Shown: piece after piece, positions 24,408-36,885 of the stretch
Layout of the letters: every line of letters starts with the position of its first letter
Position numbering within the stretch: the stretch's first letter is position 1
Source: Utricularia gibba
Taxonomy: Eukaryota; Plantae; Magnoliophyta
Direction of reading: 5' to 3'
NCBI GenBank assembly: GCA_002189035.1
Contig: NEEC01000027.1
Location: forward strand, 434,001-498,000
Length of the DNA stretch: 64,000 bases
Program-made: the position numbers and the translations under genes
The notes under the pieces: generated by a model
What the model was told of the DNA's origin: nothing
Seen by the model: only the letters and a program-made list of their open reading frames with translations
Databases searched by the model: none

Positions 24408-25242
24408 ATGATTTTCTTGGCATGGTCTTCCCGCCCATCTCATCAGGAGCAAACGGCGTGTGTTAAGTAAATGCCCCTTCCCCTTCACCTCTTGGCGCGC
24501 TTCTTCTGATACATTTCACGGTTTCATTATCAGGTCCACTGGTTTCAAGTTCAACTATGATGATAAATTTCGCGGTCGTACAGCCAAATCAAGTTCCAAT
24601 CTTCAGCAAGACCAGGAATTATCAGAAAGTGGCTTTGTCGTCAATCATGCCTGCACGTTAGTTGGTTCTGGTGTAGAAACCTTTGAGAAAGGTAAAAGTG
24701 CTCTTCAGACCTGGAGGTAAGAAGGAGATCATCAAATCGTAAATTGCATTGCTGTTTTTACTGCATTCAATTGGTAACTTTTTCAGGCATTTTACTCTGA
24801 ACTGGGCATTTGTTGATCCCCAAACACCCATTCAGAAGGGTTCAAACTTCTGCGTTTGTTTCAAAGCGTTGTTCCCATGGGTTCTGATGCCCTTACAAGT
24901 TGCATATGTTGATGAATCGAAGAACATCAATGGGAATGTGGCCTCTTTTGGTTTTGGTTCTGGAACTCTTCAAGGGCACATGCTGGTAATGTCTTAAACT
25001 GAAAGTTGCTTTTACCTAAATGCTGGCTGTCATTTACATGTCATTACATGCAGGCAGGAGAAGAGCGCTTCTCAGTGTCAATGGACGAGAAGAGCAATGT
25101 CTGGTATGAAATACTTTCCTTCTCCAAGCCTGCAAATTTCCTTTCATTCATCTGCTATCCTTATGTGCTTCTGATGCAAAAGCATTTTGCCCGACGATCA
25201 TCGCTGCTAATGCATAATCATTTATCAGAGAAGTTAAAGTAG
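24408..25242 (+). CDS. DUF1990 / UPF0548 family protein
   Basis: MIFLAWSSRPSHQEQ, FNYDDKFRG, GFVVNHACTLVGSGVETFEKGKSALQTWR, HFTLNWAFVDPQTPI, FGFGSGTLQGHMLAGEERFS and VWYEILSFSKPA, across four exons. Confidence 0.9.
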
Positions 25243-25443
25243 GACCCTTGTGTTTTGCTGTATTGAATCTGCTTTTTGAATAATGCTCATTGAATGAGAA
25301 ATCTAGGCATCATGACAACCAGAAAAACGGGGTAGAAATTGATTCAGTATTTACACAGCTTTGTTTTTTCATCTGCTACAAGAGAGATCAAGGGAGTTGA
25401 TTTGTGGTGAATCTTTCATGAATTGAGATCACCTCGCTGCATG

Positions 25444-28022
25444 CTAATCTCCATCTCCATTTTTGGAAGATCTGTGCTGTTGAATGACTAAAACAGAACC
25501 ACTGATATCAAAGTCTGAAGAAGCTAAATAGTCCCCGACTTTGCCAAGCTCTGGGCATTCTTCCCAATCACTCATTCCAGTGGTTAGTGAATTGCATCCT
25601 GATCCCTTCCCAACTACAAACATTGAATATGTGTCCACCATATCTCGCAGAGCAATCGCTGTTTCTCCCCCATTCTCGACATGCTTCTCTATGTATCCTA
25701 CCTGACCTGATGTCACATACCTATAACATGTGATGATGATTGTTAGACAGTCAGCAATTCGTTAGCTTTTATCTGAAATAACAAGGCACGAGCTTAGGCT
25801 TACCTATTGAAAAAGTCAGACATTGCCTTGTTATCCATGTCATTTTCGGGCTCACGGTTTGATAAGGCCAGTAGCACATCCTTATCCTGATAAGCTACAT
25901 CAATTCCAATGTTTTCCAGTTTTTTCGATGCATGGAGGAACCTTATGACTGTAAGGTTTACATGGTGATGCATCCCCAGACGTTTGCTGAGCCCCAGTGC
26001 TTCACGATCATCTGGTCCACCAAAAAACAACATGGCCACATGCTGTAGTGATCCAGAATTGGACATGAGTGATGCTCCGGCAGTGAGCCCTCGGTCCACA
26101 AGAATGGCAACGGAGCACTTGGCTTGCCGAAGAACTTTCTGGTTTGTAATCCTTATTCCTTCCTTGCCACTCTCCAGCTTTCCATCGATTCTTTGATGCT
26201 TGTGGAAAGGTAATATGATGAAGGATGTTCTTGAATCCTCTGCAAATTCGCATATACCGGAATACATTCTTGCAAATGGAGCCACAACTTTAGATTGGCG
26301 AATATTGACCCCAGTTTCAAATGCAAAGATATCTACCGCTTCATTGATTTCCACCTCATCATTCCCACCATAATCATCATCATCATCACTGAGTTCATCT
26401 TCTTCCTTCTGGTGGTAGAGTAGGTTTATCTTGTTTTTCTCTGGAAGCTCAATTAGGTGCATCAGATGGGGAGTGATGGCGATAGATTCAGATGTGAAAG
26501 TTGCAACAAGGCCTAACATTGTTGCCAGTGGACGAGGATTATGCACACAAGTCAGCAGTTTCATTTCACTCTCTGGTGACTGAAATTCAAAAGCTACATG
26601 CAGGTAGCCAAGGATGTCGCTTTCACTTTTGACCACAGAGGCGATTATCGGTCCCCAGATCAAGGAGTTGACTACAACTGCAGCCACCATCAAATTGTAG
26701 AACAACTGACTGGACATAACCTGCATCAAGGATTTAGTTTTCAGATCAGCAGCTGTGTTCGCAGGTCAAACCAAAGAAATGACACCTACTTTATCCTCAA
26801 GAACTAATGTGAGAGCAAGCAAGTCAACATGGCCCTTCAAGTTCATAAGGAATGCAAGCAGCACCCCTTCATTCAGAGGGATTTTAAGGTGAAAGCAAGC
26901 AGCCAGTGTGCCAGTTACTTTCCCCCCAATGCTCAGAAGAATAAGAATGGCAACGATTGCAAAGCCACGGAGACTGCTCATGAATGTCACATCTGCCTTG
27001 AAGCCACTGTACCCGAAGTATATAGGAAGCACAAAGTTATGAACTATGTATGTCAGTTTTGTCAAGAGAGTGCGACCAGTTTTGCCACCTCTAGGGAACA
27101 TAGCACCGATGAGGAAACAAGCAATAATGCTGTTGAATCCCATTGTCTCAAGAGACATGGCAGCAACAAATAAGATTGCCAAAAGAACAAAAAGCTCAGT
27201 GTTCTTGAGGTACTTTTGATTTCTATTCCTCCTATTCAACCAACTCGCTACATATCTGTTGGCAAAAACAACTGCAATAACAATAACAAAGTAAACAACT
27301 CCCAGGAAAAACCAGGTTGAAAATGAATCTTCTCTCCTGTTTCTCGACGTTACAATCAACAAAAGGGCAGCATAGCCGTCACTCAACAATGAGGAAGATA
27401 TAGCGAGCCTGCCCAGATCTGTGCTTGCGAACTTGAGATCATGAGCCAGACGGACAACGAAAGGGGAGGCTGTGTTTGATAATATTACAGCTAAAGTCAA
27501 CGCCATCATGAAGGGAGAACCATGTGCTCCAATCTCTTGATATATGAAAGAAGTAGCAGCTAACGCAAAAATGGTACAAACTAAGCAGCTCCCGCCGGCA
27601 ATGACGCCTGCGACATACAGATTGCGCCTTAGATACGGTATATCCGTCTCAAGCCCGATCAGGAACATTATGATCATCCTAGCATACAGTACCATCGTCT
27701 CGTAGTATTCAGTTGAGTTATAGAAGAAAAAAGTTTTCACACTGTCTATGTGTGATAAACACGAAGGCCCAAGCACGAATCCCGACTGCACCAACATTGC
27801 AGCAAACGACATCAATCACAATCAGAACCAGAGGAACAGAGAAATAACGGTGAGTTTTGATGACGTACTTACGAGAATTTGCGCAAGGGGTGCGGGTTGA
27901 CCCAACGGCTTCAGCAGAAGCTGGAAGAAATGCGAAATAACCAGAAGACAGGAAACCTGGGTGCCCATCGCGAGGATGGGGTTGAAGAACTCCCCTTTCC
28001 CAAAACACTCACCATAATCCAT
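25444..28022 (-). CDS. CHX28: Cation/H+ antiporter, CHX28-like (CPA2 family)
   Basis: Four exons. FNPILAMGTQVSCLLVISHFFQLLLKPLGQPAPLAQIL, multi-TM domain with LSNTASPFVVRL and LMNLKGHVDL, C-terminal USP-like region IILPFHKHQRIDG, FFGGPDDREAL and MSDWEECPELGKVGDYLASSDF. Confidence 0.9.
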
Positions 28023-28499
28023 CCCAATCGAATTCTACAATCTTCTACACCGCATTCCGTTCATGCATCCCTAGATTCCTCCGCCTCATGCATGAACTCC
28101 TTCTATATCCAGAATTTCCAGACGGTGAAAATGGTGAAAGAATGTAGCAGGTTCAACTTCATTCCATATCAACCCCGGCAGAATGATGGACCTCCGCCTC
28201 AAACGGATAAAGATATTTTTTTACAGATTTTATCAATAATAAATACATTAATATTATTTTTTATCAATATTTTAAAAATCACATATATTTTTATGAAACA
28301 TAAATAATTTTTGCACCAATAAAATAGACACTAAATTTACACATATTCAATAATATCTCCAATATTTTGCAAATGAATTTCTGAAATACAAACATTTTGC
28401 AGATAAAATTCCAAACACATGTATTTGACCAAATTTATCGCATATAAGCTTACTGTGACATTACCAGGAGAAAATGCATATACCAGCAGAAGAAGGAGG

Positions 28500-30329
28500 T
28501 CACCAGTATTTGGGATCTTTCTTGTGATGCTTTAATGCCTCAAAACGGGCAGCAAGATCCTCATAGTCGGGCAATCTGGGATGAACACGATGCCCACGAG
28601 CTTCATGAGCTGGTGGAGATAGATCAGCAGCACTGTCTTCCCCATCGTAGGACTGGTCAGGCCTTGTTGGTGGAACATTGTAGCTGTGCCTTCTATTAAA
28701 CTTACTAGTTTCTTGGACCTCATCTTCGTCTTCGCAGTCTGATTCATCGAATTTGATGTCTGTGTTTGCCTTTCGGCAACTGTAGCTCTGTCTTCTGTAG
28801 ATTTTCCCACTGTCCTGGTTGTCATCTTGAGAAGCCCTGGTGCTATCTATCTTTGTCGTACTGTTCCTCCAGTCATCGGAATGGTTGCCGGTGGAATTGT
28901 GAGAAGAGCTGTATGTGGGGGCTTGGTTAAGGCTATTGGTGTAAGAAGCAGGCATCTGTTTCTCTATGTCAGCAAGGAAGGCAGCGGCCTCAGCAGCAGC
29001 CAAGGCTTTCTCTGCGGCAACTCCAGCAGCAGCGGCGAGGTCTTGAAAGCTACTCGTCTGGGTTTGGACCCTTTTCAATGAAATTGATCGAGGGTGAGAG
29101 ACAACGCAAAACGCATACATAATAGTAAAATGTGAAGCCAAGAAATTACCCATTTGTTGCATTGCAGAATTCAGAGTTCTGCTGCTTGGGAACTGGTTTT
29201 ATCGGCATGGTTGAAGCACTAGTAAAACTGTTTGGCCCATCCTGAAATGGAGAACATAAAATGGGACACACAGGTTTAGCAACCCCTTATCTGATCAGGA
29301 GTTTTCGTGTTCAGTGTGTGTATTGAAGAGAGGGTGAACAGAGAAATTACAATGCGTCCTTCCGGCGGTTTGAGTAACTCCGATTCGCACTCTGAGGCGT
29401 CCCATTGAACCTGATATTCATTAGCTATATCCTTCAGAACTTTCAACTTTGATTCACCAGATGGAGTCTTTATAGAGAGCTTCTCAATGAGCAAGCGATT
29501 GACACCAGCATTGGGGCGTAGATCAGTAGCTGCTGATACGAAATCATCACCATATTTCTTCTTAAAAAGATTCCTTATGGACAACAGCTCTGGTATTTCC
29601 GAACATCGTGGTCCGGCGAATAGCAAACTAGAGATCCCTTCTTTAAGATCAGGAGGGCATTCACTGTCCATAAAAGCAAGCAACATTGAAGTCCTCGAAC
29701 AAAGAAGTTGGTTAATCTTAAATGGAGTGGGAGGAAATGTTGCAAAGATAACCATGAACAACCTCTGCTTTGCAATGATAGAGAGCCGGGCCACGACCAA
29801 CTCACAGAAAAGCTCAATCAACTCATTTGCTGCCAGGATATTCTGTTCTCGCATAACATGTTCAACCTTCCCAAACACGGACAAAACAAAAGATACGATG
29901 CGGTCAGAAACGGGCAAGGAAACGAAAGATAACTCCTACAGACGCCAAGCAATGAAAACGATCGAGCGGAAAATGCCGCAATTCGTAAAACCCTAAGAAA
30001 ATTACTCGAATACGAGCAGTGGCATCCTGCCCCGACTCTAGAAGCACAGCAATGTCACGCCTCATCTGCCGAATCACCACCTCCCTTTTGTTCCGCAGCA
30101 GCTTCACTCTCGCCACCGCCATTTTCGCCATCGTTTTGCTGTGCCAGAAAAAAGGCCAAGACGTCACAAGAATCAGCCCCTATACTCCATCAACACAGAA
30201 GGCGAACAATACTAGAGGGAAAGGATCGATCGAAAGATCGATCACCCACCATTTGGAGGAACTGAAGCGCGGACGGATGAGCGAGAGACCCATTTTCACG
30301 GCCTTCCTCCAGCGGGTACCGGTGGCCAT
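28500..30329 (-). CDS. IST1-like protein (regulator of Vps4 / ESCRT-III associated)
   Basis: FSSSKC/KTMAKMAVARVKLLRNKREVVIRQMRRDIAVLLESGQDATARIRVEHVMREQN, ECPPDLKEGISSLLFAGPRCSEIPEL, DGPNSFTSAS, and C-terminal MIM-type HRVHPRLPDYEDLAARFEALK. Six exons. Confidence 0.93.
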
Positions 30330-30827
30330 GTCGTCCCGTTACTCGCAGAGAGAGAAAACTCAAGCGTAGTGTCCGGGCGTAGCGGGCGATTCAAATACAA
30401 TACAATTGAAGAAAAAATGATAAAAAATAAAAATAAAAAAGCGCAACGGCTGGAACGTAATTAATGCAAGTCTCCGACCAAGGGAATCTTCCCGCCCCTA
30501 ACGGCTAGCTCCATAGGCCTCATCAGGATCGAACGTTGTAGTGCAGCAGTATCACAAGTGTTTCTTTTCCTCTTTTTCGAGTTGTTAAATATAGTGGTTG
30601 GCAATACACACAACCCGAAAGGAACTACTTCATGTAGCCCATAGCTTCTGCTCTCTTTCTTGAAATCATCATGGTCAATGTGATTTCCAAATCCTTTTAC
30701 AATGACGCACCTGATCTTTTTTTCTAGTTTGTGTGCCAAATGGATGGGGCGTGATTGAACAAGGGTGGTGGTATCAGAGAGTCTGGTATATGAATGCACA
30801 AAGCTAGTAGCACATCCAGCGCCCGGA

Positions 30828-33800
30828 TTAGGTGGAGGTTGCGGCGGAGTAAGCTTGTTGGCACTTCTGCATCTGTGGATGGGGAACAGAGATGCAATGT
30901 GAGGAAGGGAAAACCGGCAAGGTGAATAAAGACAGGGCTACCTCGTCTGGGCTGAACTGAAGAAGCATGGCGATAACAGGTAGCAGTCGCTCTACTTCAC
31001 CTACGAATTTCCAAGGCAAATGCTTTCAGTGGCTGAAAGGGGTGTCCAGTGACTGTGTTTTCCGAGTTGCAAGGCAGAAAATGCAAATCACCTGTTTCCA
31101 GAAGCTTCAAGACAACGTTCTTAAGATATGTTAGGTCCACTCCCTCCCTCTTTTGTGCTCTTTCCGCATTTCGAAGCTCCTCTTTCAACATGGCCTCCTG
31201 CAAGAAGTATCCGTTACTGAACCAGGGATGGTGGCAAAGTCTCATGTTACGGAACTCAACGCATTTTGTGCAATATTTGTAGGATTTCTACTTCTATGCA
31301 AGATTTTCTGACACAAACTGCAGTCATACTCTCGTATCTCCCCTGAATAAAATGCCCGGTAAAAGAGTCATGTCCATCAACGGATAAGATGGTCCAAAAC
31401 CATATGTTGAAGACGTTTGAGTGAAACATTTTTTGCATCTTACAGACGAATCTACGGTAAACTTGATATGAAAGGTAGAAAAGTACCTGCTGCTTATGAA
31501 GACGATTTTCATGCTCAAGTTCCTCAATTTCTTCCTGCAAATAAAAGTATCAATATATCAGAATGGTTTCTTGAGCAGTTTAAATGGGGTCAGCCCTATG
31601 CAAACCTAATGAAAAAAAAAAAAAGGAAGAGAATTTTATCCATCACATACTTGAAGTGCAAGAATATGCCGCTGAGTTTGAGCAAGCTCTTCTTCCCTCT
31701 GAGCTTGCTGTCTAGCCAGAATCTGCAGGAAAAAATAATAATATCAGAATACTGCCACCACGAGATACCTGGAAAGGAAACGGGAAATCTGTTCATATGC
31801 ATCATTAGATTACGTAACACAAAAAAGACATACCAGTATTTGCTGCTCTGCAGCGACAGAACTAGCATTGGAAGCTTCCTGTTTTGTGAAATCTGTAACC
31901 CAAACATTGAAAAGATGTCAAAAAAACTACAAAAAGTTGGGACATTGTTGATGCTTGAAAACCCATTTGTACCTTTCTGGTCAGCCAGATACTCAGCCTG
32001 AACCAAGAACAATAAACGTGTCAAATAACACAAAAGCAGTTTAAAATTACCGAAAACCCACAATTCTATTTTATAGAGTATATAGGCAGGAACCACCTAA
32101 TTGCATACGAAATGTGAGAACTAAGGGCAGCTAAATTTGCTTAGAGAGAAAGGGCATACAGAAGGCCTTGAATCCAGTAATTGTTGCAGATTGTTATTAT
32201 CATTCCATAGTCTGGCGATTTCTTTGTCCTTCTGCTCCATCAGTGTGTCAGCAAGATCGCGCAAAGATATTTGCTCCTCCTATCAAATATTTTTCTTTGT
32301 AAGAAAGAGAAGCCTCACTCTTTCACTAAGCAAAGCCACTATATTATGCACAACCTGTAGTGTTTTACAACGTAACTTTAGCCTTTCGACTTCAGCTTGC
32401 AAATTATTATCTGGTGACTCTGAACATTTCCTTTCCAGATCTTCATATTTTGCTGAACAAATTTTAATTGAAAGTCAGATATTTTTCATTACAGCTGTTA
32501 TAAAACCAATATACAATATATGTATATTAAAAAAACTAGAAGGGCAAGGGAGGAGAAGAATACCTCGCCATGTCGCTTCCATATTTTTCTGTGCCCTGTC
32601 CCATGCTTCTTTATCTGATTGGTAGTTGGAAAGTACCGAATCCAACTTCACTTGCAAAGTTTCGACATGCTGTTCTGCTTTACTCAGGGCTGCATCCCTG
32701 AAGAACCATTTAATAGAAACATGTCAAAAACACATGGCATGTAAACTACAAGAAAAAGTAACACATAACTATCTGCGATCTGAAACTAAGAATCCAGATA
32801 TACAAATAAAGAAAATATGGATTTCACCTAGAGGAAATTTCCCTTTCAGAATTAGACTGGGCATCTCTAAGATCTTCAAAAGCTTTGTCCTTCTCTAATG
32901 ATACTAACTGTAATTCTCTTTCTGCATCCTGAGGAAGCGAAATACCCACCAAATTAATACAAAAATTATGTATCCATCACAGCTTTATGCACGTTAACAG
33001 TAATATAAGCTAAAAATTTTCAGTTTGCACAAACAGGAGAGAAAGATTCATTTCACCTTAAGAGCTTCCTCAAGAGCTTTGATTTGCTCATTGTCCCTAG
33101 CTGCAGCTAATTCTGCGTCCTTTTTAAGAAGCAGTGCATGAGCCCGGGCTTTGTACGAAGAAAATTCATTTTCAATGCTCTTTATCTGCATTAGGAGATG
33201 ATAATACAACAATAGCTACTGAGAGTCAACCATATAGAGACTTGTGGTTCAGAAAGTAAAAGTCGTAATGTTTCCCATGCAAGGGGCAGGAAGGATGAAA
33301 GGAGAAACCTTCTCATTGGCTTCCTGAAGGTCAAGATCTTTGTTATTCACAAGATGAGTTCGCTCAGTGAGTTCTGATTCCAACTGACCTAATACAAATA
33401 GAGCATGAATGCAGAGTTTACTTTGGAGTAGAAAGTGGGACTGTAAAATAGAGAACATACTTTTAAATTTTGCTGCTTCAACTTCTGCGTGTACGCGATT
33501 TCTTTCAGATATCTCAAGTTTTGACAACAAGGAGCGTGACATGGCTTCAAAATCTTCTTTTTCCTTCTCCTGGAGGTATCAATGGCAGAATATCATTAGA
33601 TCCAGCAGTCAAAAAAACACAGCTTACCTCGAAATATTTTTTTAAGGGGTTGGAAATAAGATATATTTCAACCAAACTTCCTAAAAATGCATCAACATGC
33701 AGAAAGGCTCCAACAATATAAATATATTTATGAATCAATCCTGTGATATATCAGGTATAGTGACAGATCGAGTCAAATCATACATGTTTGTTCTTTTGAT

Positions 33801-35946
33801 GGCCCAACTCTCCCTTTAAAGTCTCGATTGTGGCTTTCAACCGTGCTGCTTCACCACTTGAAGCTGCATCGATCTCAGCAATCTTGGTGTCCCTTTCAGC
33901 AATTAATGCCTATAAATAAAAACAACGTTACCATAGACTTTGAACTATGAAAATCCCAAACCATAAATTCATGATAGGCAAAGAAGAACATAGGTTACTA
34001 CAAGTAATCAGAACACGCCATATAAAAAAATAGAGGTTCTTTGCTATCCACACTCATCATTCTAAAACAAATGAGAAGGAAATAAGAAGTGCCTGAAGAG
34101 ACGATATAGTTTCAACAGCATGGTTTCTCTCGGATATAAGATCGGCAATTTGGGCCTCCAAATCCTCCACTTCCTATATAATAGAACAAGATATTACTCC
34201 AAGCCTCAACACAAGTCATAATGAATTAAACATGCGGGCATTAATAGCCTATTATACAAATCAATATGATGCATGCACAATACCTTCTCGTGCTTTGCTG
34301 AGACTTCGGAAATCGCAGTTTCCTTCTTTTCATCTGCTACCTTCAATAAACCATACGATTCTTCCAGCATCTACACACAATTTAGAAACCAGAACAAAAG
34401 ATTTGGGTTGGATAAGAAAAAAAGAAAAGCAGAAAGTATATATACTCGCTAATTGTTCCAGATGAACAAAAGCATTTATTCATCATGATATGACAGCACT
34501 TTAGCATACAATGTACAACAAATAAACAAAACACTTTTGTTTATTAAATCATGTAGTTTAAATTCTTCTACATTCTCGAAAAAAGTTGAGGCTTCTAGAA
34601 CGATGATGCACCTGATCTTTTTCTAGAAGTGATTGATGTGCTGCCTCCAGAGATTTCTCTTTAGTAGCCAAAGCACGGTGTAATTCATCAATTGCATCAG
34701 AGAGTCTGATATAAATGCTGAAGGTTACTAGCGTTCATTTTACAGTTCCTTTATTCTAGACTAAATTATAATCAAAACCTTCTCATTGAGATGAGAAAGA
34801 GAAAATTGAAGCAATATACTTGAACAACGTACTTGTTGTTGGCAGTTCGTAATTGTTGCCGCTCTACATCCATTGCTTTCAGCGCTTCATTAGCATGCTG
34901 GCGTGTACGATCCAGTTCTTGCTGCAATTCTGACAGTTGAGAAGAAGCATGTTCGGCTTTTTCACTAACTTCACGTAACTGGACCTCAATGTCATCTTTT
35001 TCCTGAAAAATTTAGTTTACTAACTGAACTAACTCAATTTACTATAAGCAGACTGGAGACACCACTTTGAATGCTGAATTCTTATAACACAAAGGGAAAG
35101 ATGTTGAACCACCCAAAAAGGACTTTATCTTCACGTAATTTACAGAATGCATGCAAAACCAAGTCAAGTAAATAACTTTTACTATTAGCAAAGGAAAAGA
35201 TGATTTTTGACAAAATGTGATGGACTTCATGGCAAGTATCATCACGTAAAAAAACCAGAAGTTCACAGGATGAGAGAACAAAAAGTTGCTTGGCGAGTTG
35301 GCAATAATGAAAAGAGATTACAAAAAATCACCCACTTTTTGAACCTCCTGTATACGCAGTTTGGCTCTCTTGTGAAGTCTATTGAACTTGGAATCAAGCT
35401 CGGAATACTTCTCATCCCGTTCTTTTATTTCTTGTTGAGCTAGACAATATAATAATATGGTAAGACAATCGACGTCAAGCATAACAAGAAGGGAAATAAG
35501 CATAATTACACGACCATATTATCACCTTCAGCAAGCCGAGCAGTAAGTTCTAATGCCCTTGTATCTACCTCTGAATGTGCAGCTTCTAGTTGCTTCACAG
35601 CCTCTTCTGCAGTTTCACGTGCTTGCCTTTCTTCAAGGAGTCGTGTTTTTAGAGATACTATTTCTCCATGAAGGACTACAACATCACCATCAGACACCGG
35701 CTCATCATGCTCCAGCACTTCCGGTTTGCTGTTCAGCTCATATTCTGAAAGATATTTCTTGAAGTTCCCATACTGAGCCTTCAAATATTCATTTTGGAAT
35801 TCAAGCTCCACCACCCTCTCTATCAGTTTATCGTTGTTGTCATTGAGAAAAAAATTTACATCAGAAGACCCATTTTCCTTGATGATTGTTTGGTCAACCG
35901 AATCCATTCCCGTGGCTTCATGGGCTCCTCCCACTTCTTGAGACAT
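30828..35946 (-). CDS. GRIP: GRIP-domain trans-Golgi golgin (AtGRIP ortholog), many short exons
   Basis: Coiled-coil exons KLIERVVELEFQNEYLK, QEIKERDEKYSELDSKFNRLHKRAKLRIQEVQK, EFSSYKARAHALLLK and QEEIEELEHENRLHKQQ. GRIP domain KREGVDLTYLKNVVLKLLETG/EVERLLPVIAMLLQFSPDE/MQKCQQAY. The exact start (35946) and stop are inferred. Confidence 0.93.
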
Positions 35947-36885
35947 TACTGCAGACCCCAGATAGATAACTTCTTCCGTTCTGTCAAAACTTTCTTTAGC
36001 TAACTTCTCACTAAGCATTCCGTAATATACAGGAGATCTAAACTCAAGAGCAAAATTACGAGGATACAACTGACGAATGTAGATCCTTTATAAATATATA
36101 TATCAAAAACTGAATTCACAAACATCCCATGAAACTTACTATCGAGCAAAGCGAACAAAGTCAAGGACACTTCCAATCGGATTCCGATTGCGGCAAGAAC
36201 GGATCCCCAATCGCAGTACTAGCCGTTAAACGATCCAACACTACTCCGATCTAACGACTGGCGCCAGATCACTCGGCATCTGTTTCTTCCCTCCGAAACC
36301 GCCCAGATTCCGTCTTGCCATTTGACAACCGCAAACGAGCGCGCCCTTCCTGACACCATGAGCCCGCTCAGCCTAGGGGCATTTTGGGTATTCCAGGGAA
36401 TGGACGTAGACAGGAGTGTATCGTAATCGGTTAGAATGTCAAGTAGCAAAATAACAGGTTGACCATCAACATCGTGCTCACTGCTCAGTCACAGTTGCTT
36501 ATTACCAGGTTAGGTCAAAAATTCTAGTAGTAATGGACGTGGCTGATTGTGTGTAGAACATTCACTCCATTAATGGCCGATTAACACTACAAAAACAAGC
36601 CTACATATCAAGGCCACACATACAGAAACTACCCACTTTGTCTTGATTCCATGTGGACCTTCTCATCTTTCCTTCATCAGCAGGGCTATCCACATTTCAC
36701 AAAGAAGGTACAGAAGATGGTGCTGGGAGGGTAGATACCTTTGGCATTCCATCTTGATGCTCAAATGAGCAAGCTCTCTGGTCACTTGATTGCTGTTGCT
36801 CTCAGGTAGGATACAGTCTATGCCACTCTGATCAACTTCATTTTTCCGGGTATGAAGCTGGGGAGGATGGCCTGTGGTCACATCA

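Noticed and set aside
29150-29245. Suspected frameshifts in IST1-like exon 5 and in EH-protein YGLRGKPTT (about 43140)
   Set aside because: On recount both runs have the correct length and read in frame (DGPNSFTSAS; LRGKPTTLVELPFG).
30780-30880. GRIP C-terminus ends AYSAATST*, shorter than expected; another frameshift was suspected
   Set aside because: Neither alternative frame clearly restores a conserved tail, so it cannot be decided from the sequence.
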